Origin: Blepharisma stoltei ATCC 30299 | Taxonomy: Eukaryota; Protista; Ciliophora | Reading direction: 5' to 3' | Length of the DNA stretch: 64,000 nt | Assembly: GCA_965603825.1 (NCBI GenBank) | Contig: CBFDEM010000039.1 | Span: forward strand, 124,001 to 188,000 | Shown: positions 11,250 through 21,115 of the stretch, piece after piece | Position numbering within the stretch: the stretch's first letter is position 1 | Layout: each line of letters begins with the position of its first letter | The notes under the pieces: model-generated | The model's database searches: none | Told to the model about the DNA's origin: nothing | What the model saw: only the letters and a program-made list of their open reading frames with translations | Made by a program: the position numbers and the translations under genes

Positions 11250-12564
11250 ATGAAAAATTTAGCTTTAGAGATAGGTCTCGTATGCATTTTATTATAAGAG
11301 ATCTTTCAGCCCACCTCTCAAGCATTCTATCTCTGTAGCCACTTCTGAAGAAAACTCAAATGGCCGCTTCATCCATGGCCGATCTTCTCTCCTCTCAAAA
11401 CCAGACGGAATTGGGCTATCTCATTCCGAAGAAGCACAAGGAACATTTCAATCCTTATTAAAATCAAGCATCCTTAGAACAGAATCCTTGTTTTCCTTTC
11501 CCCAGTATTTTGCCTCTCCATCCCAACTTTCTCCTCAAGCCAGCTTTTCTGATATATTTTGCCCTGAAGAGCCTGCCTTCCCAAATTCTCGAAAAATCCC
11601 AAAATTCCCTTACAAAGCTTTAGACGCCCCAAACTTACTCGACGATTTCTATATGAACGTTTTAGACTGGTCCTGCAATAATCTCCTTGCCGTAGCTCTC
11701 AATAAAGCAGTTTATTTGTGGTCAGACACCATAAAACCTGCAAGATTTTTACATGATTTATGTGAAGAATCAGCCTCTTCTTTATCATGAAGTCCACAAG
11801 GTACCCATCTCGCAATTGGAACTTCCCAAGGCAAGCTTTTCTTATACGACGTAGAAAAAGAGTACCCGCTCCGCTGCTTTAAAGGCCATAATTCTCGTAT
11901 CGGCACTTTATCTTGAAATAGCGTCGTTTTGTCATCAGGCTCCCGTGACCAAATAATCCTCCAGCACGACTTCAGGTCACCTTCCAACTATTTTTCTAAG
12001 CTTTCAGGACATAAACAAGAAATCTGCGGCCTTAAATGAAGTTTTGACGGAGAACAGCTGGCATCAGGCGGCAATGACAATAAAATTTTTTTATGAAGTT
12101 CTCGAAGTTCCAGCCCTGTCGAAAAATTTTCAAGCCACACGGCAGCAGTCAAAGCAATAGCTTGGTCGCCACATCAACGAGGCCTTTTAGCTTCAGGTGG
12201 GGGAACTGCTGACAAGACAATTAAATTTTGGGACACTTTTACCTTAAAAGAACTAGCCTCATATAACACATATTCCCAGGTCTGCAACATAATGTTTTCT
12301 AAGACTACAAATGAGCTTGTATCAACACATGGGTTTTCTCAACACGAAATTACTGTCTGAAGTTACCCAAATATGCAGAAAATAGGAACTATGTTGGGAC
12401 ATACCAAAAGAGTCTTATATTTAGCTATGTCAGCTGACGGACAAAATATCGTGACAGGGGCTGGCGAAGGCGACGAAACTTTAAGGTTTTGGAATGTTTT
12501 TCCAGGAAATTGCGAAAATTTCGGAGACTTTAATTTTTTGATGGAAAATGAAGAATTTAGATAA
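11250..12564 (+). CDS. FZR1: APC/C co-activator of the FZR1/CDH1 (CDC20 family) WD40 type; start unresolved
   Basis: [41 protein letters not shown] and [10 protein letters not shown] motifs, ending in FR. Five in-frame TGA at WD40 Trp sites (11788, 11914, 12037, 12094, 12358). No in-frame ATG upstream: it needs either a 19-nt intron 11280-11298 from ATG 11250, or one missing T after ATG 11282. Confidence 0.8.
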
Positions 12565-12594
12565 TTTAATGTAAATTTTAGAGAATAAGGTTAG

Positions 12595-13122
12595 CTACAT
12601 AATTGTGCATTCTTCTGGCATTGGAGGCATTAATTCGCTGGGGAGTTCTCCATGGTCAGATAATCTTGCTACAAGTTCCATGGCTTGGTCTTGTTGACCA
12701 TTAGCAAGGCTGTCGCAGATTTGGGTATAGAGGTCTAGCTGAGCTGAATAACGAGATAAATCTTCAGCTGAAAGTTCAGTCCTTTTTCTGTCGATATATT
12801 CTCGTAATTTGTCTCTAAGCTCTACCATGGATTCGTTTAGGACGCCTTCGCTCCCATTGATTCCTCCAAATAAATCGTCGCTTAATTTTTCAAATTCTTC
12901 TTTTAGCTCTGGATTTGCGTCAAGTTCTTGTGAAAGAGTGCTAAAAATATGCTCTATTTCAGGCATCTCTGGCATTTCAGCACCTGCGCCTCCGAGGTCT
13001 CCTAGACCTTCTATTGTTTCTTTAATGGTCTTTTCAAAGGCTTCTTCTTTTTTTTCTTCTTCTTTGTGCTCTTCGAACTCGTCTAAGGCGGAATCTAGGA
13101 GCTTGTCTGGGTTATCTGCCAT
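12595..13122 (-). CDS. PEX19: Peroxisomal membrane-protein import receptor PEX19
   Basis: N-terminal LLDSALDEF PEX3-binding motif, RY..Q...Y..IC core, G.LP.EL, and a CaaX end (CTIM). Confidence 0.88.
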   Translation of the reverse strand: MADNPDKLLDSALDEFEEHKEEEKKEEAFEKTIKETIEGLGDLGGAGAEMPEMPEIEHIFSTLSQELDANPELKEEFEKLSDDLFGGINGSEGVLNESMVELRDKLREYIDRKRTELSAEDLSRYSAQLDLYTQICDSLANGQQDQAMELVARLSDHGELPSELMPPMPEECTIM

Positions 13123-13581
13123 TTATAAGAGTTGCATAGAAATTATATTATCTAATGAGGAAAAAACTTGAATTTAGCGATTTGAGTGATAAAAATAAAA
13201 TAATTCAGTTAGAGAAATTATTTTTATGTTTGGGAAGTTATATATTATTGAGTTTTAGAAATCTTTTAAATTTTAATATCAACAGTTCATTAAGAATGCA
13301 TATTGTAGTCTTATCTAGTTAGATTTTTATATAATAGTCTCAAAATTTGGCTACTAAATAGTAATTGCCCTATACAAGTGTAATTATAATTTTATTTAAA
13401 TTTGGCTTTAAATTCTTTGATTTCTATAAGTCAGTCCTAGAATAAAATAATATAAATAGTTCTCAGTTTATGTTAAAAGTGCTTAATAAATATTCACACT
13501 GGCTTTTATCGAATAGCAAATAGCAGGGAAATCTAATATTTAGATATACAATTATAGATAGAAGGTTTGAGGAGCCTTAAA

Positions 13582-13833
13582 GAGTTGGTATCAACACATG
13601 GGTTTTCTCAGCATCAAATTACTGTCTGAAGTTACCCAAATATGCAGAAAATAGGAATTATGTTGGGACATACCAAAAGAGTCTTATATTTAGCTATGTC
13701 AGCTGACGGACAAAATATCGTGACAGGGGCTGGCGAAGGCGACGAAACTTTAAGGTTTTGGAATGTTTTTCCAGGAAATTGCGAAAATTTCGGAGACTTT
13801 AATTTTTTGATGGAAAATGAAGAATTTAGATAA
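13582..13833 (+). pseudogene. Duplicated 3' fragment of FZR1
   Basis: Last ~83 codons almost identical to 12313-12564; no upstream WD40 repeats. Confidence 0.85.
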
Positions 13834-13863
13834 TTTAATGTAAATTTTAGAGAATAAGGTTAG

Positions 13864-14390
13864 CTACATAATTGTGCAAACTTCTGACGGTGGAGGTATT
13901 AATTGGCTGGGGAGATCTCCATGGTCAGATAATCTTTCTATAAGTTCCGTGGCTTGGTCTTTTTGACCATTAGCAAGGCTGTCGCAGATTTGGGTATAGA
14001 GGTCTAGCTGAGCTGAATAACGAGATAAATCTTCAGCTGAAAGTTCAGTCCTTTTTCTGTCGATATATTCTTGCAATTTATCCCTTAGCTCTACCATGGA
14101 TTCGTTTAGGAGGTCTACATTCGCTTTCATTTCTTCAAATAAATCTCTGCATGATGTTTGAAATTCTTTTATACCTGCTTCAAGTTCTGGCGCAAAAGCG
14201 TTTAAAAGATTCTCCATCTCAGGCCACCCTCTCATTTCAGGAATCTCTGGAATTTCAGCACCTGCGCCTCCTAGACCTTCTATTGTTTCTTTAATGGTCT
14301 TTTCGAAGGCTTCTTCTTTTTTTCTTCTTCTTTGTGCTCTTCGAGCTCGTCTAAGGCGGAATCTAGGAGCTTGTCTGGGTTATCTGCCAT
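13864..14390 (-). pseudogene. PEX19: PEX19 paralog with a 1-nt homopolymer deletion (pseudogene or assembly error) and a diverged middle
   Basis: ATG 14390; T7 at about 14317-14323 versus T8 in the first copy; CTIM end retained. Confidence 0.7.
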
Positions 14391-15479
14391 TTATAAGAGA
14401 TGCATAGAAATTATATTATCTAATGAGAAAAAAACTTGAAATTTAGCGATTTAAGTGATAAAAATAAAATAATTCAGTTAGAGAAATTATTTTTATGTTT
14501 GGGAAGTTATATATTATTGAGGTTTAGAAATCTATTAAATTTTAATAATATTAAAAGCTCATCAAGAAATGCATATTCTGGTTTAATCTAGTTAACTCTT
14601 TATATAATAGTCTCAAAATTTGGCTAATAAATAGTAATTGCCCTATACAAGTGTAATTAAAATGCATGATAAAACCAAACATAAATTATTATTGCAAATA
14701 GTCACAGCAATTATTTATCAACGGGTTAAGCATTATTATTTAAAAGGAAGACTAGGCACTATAATGCACATAGAATCTGAGGAAATTTTGAACTATTTAA
14801 ATAAACTTTCCTTTAAGAAAAACTAATATTTAATTTAAATTTGGCTTTAAATTCTTTGGTTCTATAAGTCAGTCCTAGAATAAAATAATACAAATAGTTC
14901 TCAGTTTATGCTAAAAGGGCTTAATAATTATTCACACTGGCTTTTATCGAATAGCAAATAGCAGGGAAATCTAATAGTTTAGATATACAATTATAGATAG
15001 AAGGTTTGAGGAGCCTTAGCTTTTTTTAGTAGTTAATTATAAAATTTATTGATATTAAAAATCAAAATTAGCACTAATTTATACTTGCCTATTTAATCTT
15101 TAGGAAAATCCCTGATTCCCTTATAACTTAATGCTAGTTCATTTGCCAAAATGAAATCTGGCAGATAAATGGTAAAATAATAGTCATATTTCTTCTTTCC
15201 ATAAGAATTTTGTATTTCATCCAGGAGCCATGCACAATTTCTTGCAAAAACTATTCAAAATTTTAATTTCTTCAAGATCAGCTACCATAAAACCCTAACC
15301 CTGTCTTTCCAAACAAATTAAAAATTTTCTAAGTATCTTTGGAAAATGAAAAAAAATCGAAAATTCTGTTCTAAAACAAAAAATCTATCAAAAATCTTCC
15401 ATTTTCCATCATTTTTTAATTTAAGATTATTTATTTAAGGCCTTTTTTTTTGTCAGCCATTTATGTTCTAATATATATT

Positions 15480-17381
15480 ATGATAACACCAAAAGAATTC
15501 TCTAAGCATAGCAACAAGGAAGGAATAGAAATAGTTGACTTAAAGGAACAAGAAGACTCAAGCTTAATAGTGGAATACCAAGGAAATGGTTTAGCAACAA
15601 CAGATAAAGGCCAAGACGATCGCATAAAAGTTCAATTATGCTGGGATGCGATAAGTTATGTGATTGATAATAAAGGGGAAGAAACCCAAATATTGAAAGG
15701 TATTTCAGGAAAAGCAAATCCCGGGGAGCTCTTAGTTTTGATGGGTTCTTCAGGGGCTGGCAAAACTACACTTTTAAATATTCTAGCTGGAAGAGTCAAA
15801 AGCACTGGGAATGCCAAGATTATTGGTCAGATAACTGCAAATGGAACTAGCATAAAGGACATTGACTTTGGGTATTATTCAGCTTATGTGACCCAAGAAG
15901 ATATTTTGCTTCCTAATTTAACTCCTAGAGAGTCTTTAATGTTTTCTTCACGACTTAGAATGCCAGGTCATTATAATGCACATGTGGATAGGGTGAATTC
16001 GATTCTTCAAGAGCTGAGATTGGTAAAATGTGCAGATAATGTCATTGGGAGTATAACTAAAAAAGGCCTTTCGGGAGGAGAAAGGAAAAGAGTTTGTATT
16101 GGGATGGAACTTATCACTGACCCTATTGTCCTTTTGCTAGATGAACCTACTTCTGGTCTTGATAGTTTTACAGCAGAAGTCGTTATTGACTTATTAATAG
16201 AGCAGGCAAGAAAAGGTAGAACTGTTATGTCAACAATCCATCAGCCTAGCTCCAGCATTTTCGATAAATTCGACAGATTGATTTTACTAGCAGAAGGCCA
16301 TCTTGTCTATCAAGGATCCGCAAAAGATTCCCCTCAATATTTTGCGAAATTCGGCTTCAAATGTCCAAGACTGATGAACCCAGCAGACTATTATATGAGA
16401 CTTCTTCACGTTGTAGATAGAAAACACCCGACCGAAGAAGAGCACGACAAAATAGAAATTCTGGTCTCCGCTTATAATCAGGTCGAGCCTGAAGACGATT
16501 TTGACTCCTCAAAACTTGAGCCTTTAAAGCACAAGCACTTAATAGTCCCAACCAACTTTGTGGAGCAATTTTTATTGCTTTTTAGAAGAGCTTGGATAAA
16601 TGCAAGAAGGGACCCTCTTGCTGGGCGACTTTTGTTTACTGAGTACATAATGGTTGCTGTTTTGGTCGACTTGATTTGTAATAATCTAGCCAAAAATTAT
16701 GACTCTGCATCAACCAGGACTCAACTTTTGTTTTTGTCAATGGCAACTGTAGCTTTCTTTTCCTGTCAGAATGCAGCTATGCAATTTCCAAGTGAGACTC
16801 CTTTGTTCCTTAAAGAAAGTAAGCAAAGGATTTATTCCACAGCTTCTTATTATTTATCAAAGTCACTTGCAGACCTCCCAATGCAATTTTTGCCACTTTT
16901 AGTATATTGCTTGATGATTTATTGGGTGATTCCTTTCAATGATTATGATGCAAGCAAGTTTTTTATTTTTTATTTTGTGCTTGTATTGTTGCAAATATCA
17001 GCTATTGGATTAGGCTATATTTTAGGCTGTATGGTAAAAACAGAAACTGTCGCTTTAGCCATAGTGCCGATATTTATGCAGCCAATGATGCTTTATTCAG
17101 GTTTATTCCCTAGTGTAAATCATTATCCTGAAGGCTTTTTTTGGATACAATACATATCGTGTATGAGATGGGCTGTTGAAGCCCTTTGTGCTAATGAATA
17201 TAACGATTTAGGGATGCACTGTCAGCATTGTACAGATTGCTATAAGTGTGATCCTTTAAGAGATCTGGACTTTACAAATAGTATTGGAGTATGCGTTTTA
17301 TATCTCTGCATTCTCCTAGTTGGTTATAGAGTTATAGCATATTTGCTGCTTTGGAAAAGAGCTGTAAATGCACGCAGATAA
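15480..17381 (+). CDS. ABCG/white-family half-transporter, copy 1 (intronless), 633 aa
   Basis: NBD-TMD order; [29 protein letters not shown] motifs; ATG 15480. Confidence 0.95.
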   Translation: MITPKEFSKHSNKEGIEIVDLKEQEDSSLIVEYQGNGLATTDKGQDDRIKVQLCWDAISYVIDNKGEETQILKGISGKANPGELLVLMGSSGAGKTTLLNILAGRVKSTGNAKIIGQITANGTSIKDIDFGYYSAYVTQEDILLPNLTPRESLMFSSRLRMPGHYNAHVDRVNSILQELRLVKCADNVIGSITKKGLSGGERKRVCIGMELITDPIVLLLDEPTSGLDSFTAEVVIDLLIEQARKGRTVMSTIHQPSSSIFDKFDRLILLAEGHLVYQGSAKDSPQYFAKFGFKCPRLMNPADYYMRLLHVVDRKHPTEEEHDKIEILVSAYNQVEPEDDFDSSKLEPLKHKHLIVPTNFVEQFLLLFRRAWINARRDPLAGRLLFTEYIMVAVLVDLICNNLAKNYDSASTRTQLLFLSMATVAFFSCQNAAMQFPSETPLFLKESKQRIYSTASYYLSKSLADLPMQFLPLLVYCLMIYWVIPFNDYDASKFFIFYFVLVLLQISAIGLGYILGCMVKTETVALAIVPIFMQPMMLYSGLFPSVNHYPEGFFWIQYISCMRWAVEALCANEYNDLGMHCQHCTDCYKCDPLRDLDFTNSIGVCVLYLCILLVGYRVIAYLLLWKRAVNARR

Positions 17382-17987
17382 TTTTAAAATTATTTATATT
17401 TTTTGCATATAAAATTTGTCTTAAGGGAGATTTTATTATTAACAGATTTGATTCTACCAGAAAAATTTTAAAATCAAATCAAGCAAAACTTTATTTATAA
17501 TTTATTAACCCTTAAAAAAATAATTCTTAAAGCTAATCTTTTGATTTAATTTGCAAAGTGCTAGTTTTTTATTTATGAGTTAAAAAAATAATCGAACAAT
17601 CTGAAATCAAAAATTTAAAATCTAAGGTGTCGAAACCCAAATTTTCACCATTTTCATTTGTTCGACTAATAATAGGGATTACTGAAGAATAAAAAATTTA
17701 TACTTTGGGGTTATCTCTGGATTTTCTCGTATTTATGAAGAAATTTTCAGCTATTTTAAATTACTACGCTTTGGTTAACGGAATTTTAATCTCCAATCAA
17801 AATTTTATGATAGGTCTTATTTTTCGCATTATGTAACAAAAAAGTTTCAAGAAGCTTGAAAAGTCTAAATCTCAATGAAAAAAATACAGTTTATTTAGCT
17901 TGGGCAATATTTTTAATTATTAGATTTTTTTAAATAAAATCTCTTTGTTGAGCATTTGTTTTCAAACCATTTTTGGCTGGATAATAT

Positions 17988-19901
17988 ATGGTAACTCCTA
18001 AAGTATTCTCCAAAAAAGAGAGCAATGGAAAGGTTGAGGTTATAACCATGAAGGAGCAGGATGAATCAAGCATGATTGCAGTATACGAAGATAAAGTCTC
18101 CCATCCAGAAAAAAAACACGATGAGCGTATTAGAATCCAGTTGTGCTGGGATAATGTCAGCTATGTCATAGAAAACAAAGGCGAAGAAACCCAAATATTA
18201 AAAGCAGTTTTAGGAAAAGCCAATCCAGGCGAACTTCTAGTTTTGATGGGCTCTTCAGGGGCTGGCAAAACCACGCTTTTAAATATCTTGGCAGGGAGAC
18301 TCAAAAATAACAATAATGCCAAGATTATTGGTCAGATAACTGCAAATGGAACTAACATAAAGGACATTGATTTTGGGTATTATTCAGCTTATGTCACTCA
18401 AGAGGACATTGTACTTCCTAACCTCACTCCGAGAGAGTCTTTAATGTTTTCTTCACGACTTAGAATGCCAGGTAATTATAATGATAATGTAGAGAGGGTG
18501 AATACAATTATTCAAGAGCTAAGATTGGTAAAGTGTGCAGATAAGATCATTGGGAGCATAACTAAAAAAGGCCTTTCTGGAGGAGAAAGGAAAAGAGTTT
18601 GCATAGGGATGGAACTTATCACTGACCCTATTGTCCTTTTGCTAGATGAACCTACTTCTGGTCTTGACAGCTTTACAGCAGAAGTCGTTATTGACTTATT
18701 AATAGAGCAGGCTAGAAAAGGCAGAACTGTTATGTCAACAATCCATCAGCCAAGCACAAGCATTTTTGATAAATTCGACAGATTGATTTTACTAGCAGAA
18801 GGCAACCTTGTTTATCAAGGTCGTTCTAGCGAGTCAACAAAATATTTCGCCAAAGTTGGATACCCAGTTCCAAAACTTATGAATCCATCTGACTTTTATA
18901 TGAGACTCCTCCACGTTGTAGATAGAAAACACCCAACCGAAGAAGAGCACGATAAAATTGAAAATTTGGTCTCTGCTTACAATTCTATAGAGCTAGAGGA
19001 TGATTTTGATGCATCAAAGCTGGAGCCTTTGGCAAATAAGCACTTAGTTGCGTCTACAAATTTCGCCGAACAATTTACGCTATTATTCAGAAGAGCTTGG
19101 ATAAATGCAAGAAGAGACCCTCTTGCAGGACAGCTTTTGTTTATTGAATACATAATGGTTGCTGTTTTGGTCGACTTGATTTGTAATAATCTAGCCAAAA
19201 ATTATGACTCTTCTCGAACTAGGACTCAATTGCTGTTCCTTTCTATGGCAACTGTAAGTTTCTTTTCCTGTCAGAATGCAGCTATGCAATTTCCAAGTGA
19301 GACTCCTTTGTTCCTAAAAGAAAGTAAGCAAAGGATTTATTCCACAGCTTCTTATTACTTATCAAAATCAATTGCTGACCTTCCAATGCAATTTTTACCA
19401 CTTTTAGTGTATTGCCTCATGGTGTATTGGGTGATTCCTTTCAATGATTATGATGCAAGCAAGTTTTTTATTTTTTATTTTGTTTTAATATTATTGCAAA
19501 TATCTACTATCGGAATCGGGTATATTTTAGGCTGTATGGTAAAAACAGAAACTGTGGCTTTAGCAATTGTTCCAGTCTTTTTACAGCCTATGATGCTTTA
19601 TTCAGGTTTATTCCCTAGTGTAAATCATTATCCTGAAGGCTTTTCATGGATTCAGTATATATCTGTAAGATTTATTTAGTGTATGAGATGGGCTGTTGAA
19701 GCTCTTTGTGCGAATGAATATAATGACTTGGGGATGCATTGTCAACATTGTACAGATTGCAAGAAATGTGACCCTTTAAGAGATCTGGACTTCACGAACC
19801 CCATTGGAGAGTGCGTCTTTTATTTGTGCATTCTCTTGGTGGGCTATAGAGTTATAGCATATTTACTGCTTTGGAAAAGGGCTATTGATTCTCGTAGATA
19901 A
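17988..19901 (+). CDS. ABCG half-transporter, copy 2 (exons 17988-19664, 19680-19901), 632 aa
   Basis: Removing the 15-nt intron restores QYISCMRW, colinear with copy 1. Confidence 0.95.
19665..19679 (+). other. 15-nt spliceosomal intron GTAAGATTTATTTAG
   Basis: GT-AG, A at -6, absent in copy 1, in-frame TAG if retained. Confidence 0.92.
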
Positions 19902-21115
19902 ATAAAAATTACTAAGTTTAAATAATTTTATTAAAAAACCTGAATTTCTATTTTATATATATTTGTATTAAATTCATAGAATATATGTAGATTTTGCTAT
20001 GCACTTATATATTAATAAATAATAAATTTTAAATAGTTATGCTGCTATACATTGGCGATCGGCTATTTGAAGAAATTATAAACAAGCAATAATCTTTTAT
20101 AATAATAATTTGTTTAAAAAATGTACATTTGATTAGAATTCTAAAATATTATTTGGATATATACTTCTATTGCATGTTTTTATTTCTCTTAATAAATGCT
20201 ATAAAATAGAGTTAAAAATGTTTATTAATTGTATTAAGTTTGCTTTTGAAATATATAAAAGGGCTACATATAAGAAGTGTCTATTACTTAACAATTGTTT
20301 TTGCAAAATTTTTCCTCTAAGAATTTTCAAATAACTATAATATTACCTTACAATATTGAATCACCCACTAAGAGATCGACATTTGACTTTTTTACTATTT
20401 TTTTAATTATAGTAAACTTAAATTTTAATTTTAAAAGTTCATGATGAGTGCGGTAAAACGCTATAAAATGCCTTATTACTTGCACCAAACTAATAGCGCC
20501 TTATGTTTAAATAAAAATTATAATTTTTTTAAATCAACCTCTTAAACTATTTTAAGCAGATAATTTATATACCCGAGCTAAAAGGAGCTGAGCAATATAA
20601 ACATAATATTATAACTAAAAGAAAGTCAATTAGATAATCTTAAACACAATTTTCTTCAGATGAAAAAAGAATAAAATTTACCATTTTCATTTTCTTCTTC
20701 ATATGTAAATAAGATTAACTGAAGATGGAAAAATTGAGATTTTCTTATGTTTCTATAATAATTTATATTGTTTTAAAGTCTGAGCTTCAATTATTTTTAT
20801 GTTTAAAAAATCTTTTATTTATAAAATTTTTTCATGAAAATTATCCTTGTTTCTTAAACAGACCAGGATTTTAATAAAAATGCATTGTTATAAATCATCA
20901 CAATTTTCTTTTTTGTTAAAATTTAAGGAAATTGAATTATTGTAAAGTCAACAATTTTCATGTCAAAAACTTATAATATTTATCAAAAGCTAGTAATTAT
21001 CTAAAGTATAATAGTTGATATGTGCAATACAATTAATTTCATTATTTTCCAGGGTTTTATAACAAAACCTTTCGAAAAACATTTATTTTGGATCAATTTT
21101 TTGACTTAATAAAAA

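Larger units (their letters stand above)
12309..15018. repeat. Tandem segmental duplication (about 12309-13579 and 13580-15018) covering the FZR1 3' end, PEX19 and PEX19 upstream DNA
   Basis: Near-identical blocks, both beginning GTATCAACACATGGG and both ending GAGGAGCCTTA. Confidence 0.92.

Noticed and set aside
15291-15302. AACCCTAACCCT telomere-like word
   Set aside because: Fewer than two units and internal; no tandem telomeric tract.
8911-17381. MATE, prenyltransferase and ABCG as a biosynthetic gene cluster
   Set aside because: The prenyltransferase is ordinary COQ2, no synthase is present, and FZR1 and PEX19 intervene.
19683-19901. Repeated 72-aa Cys-rich ORFs as separate small genes
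   Set aside because: They are exon 2 of each ABCG gene; copy 1 shows the continuous frame.
20441-20591. ATGATGA...CTGA as a possible C/D snoRNA
   Set aside because: Weak terminal stem, AT-rich interior, and no guide I can match to rRNA.
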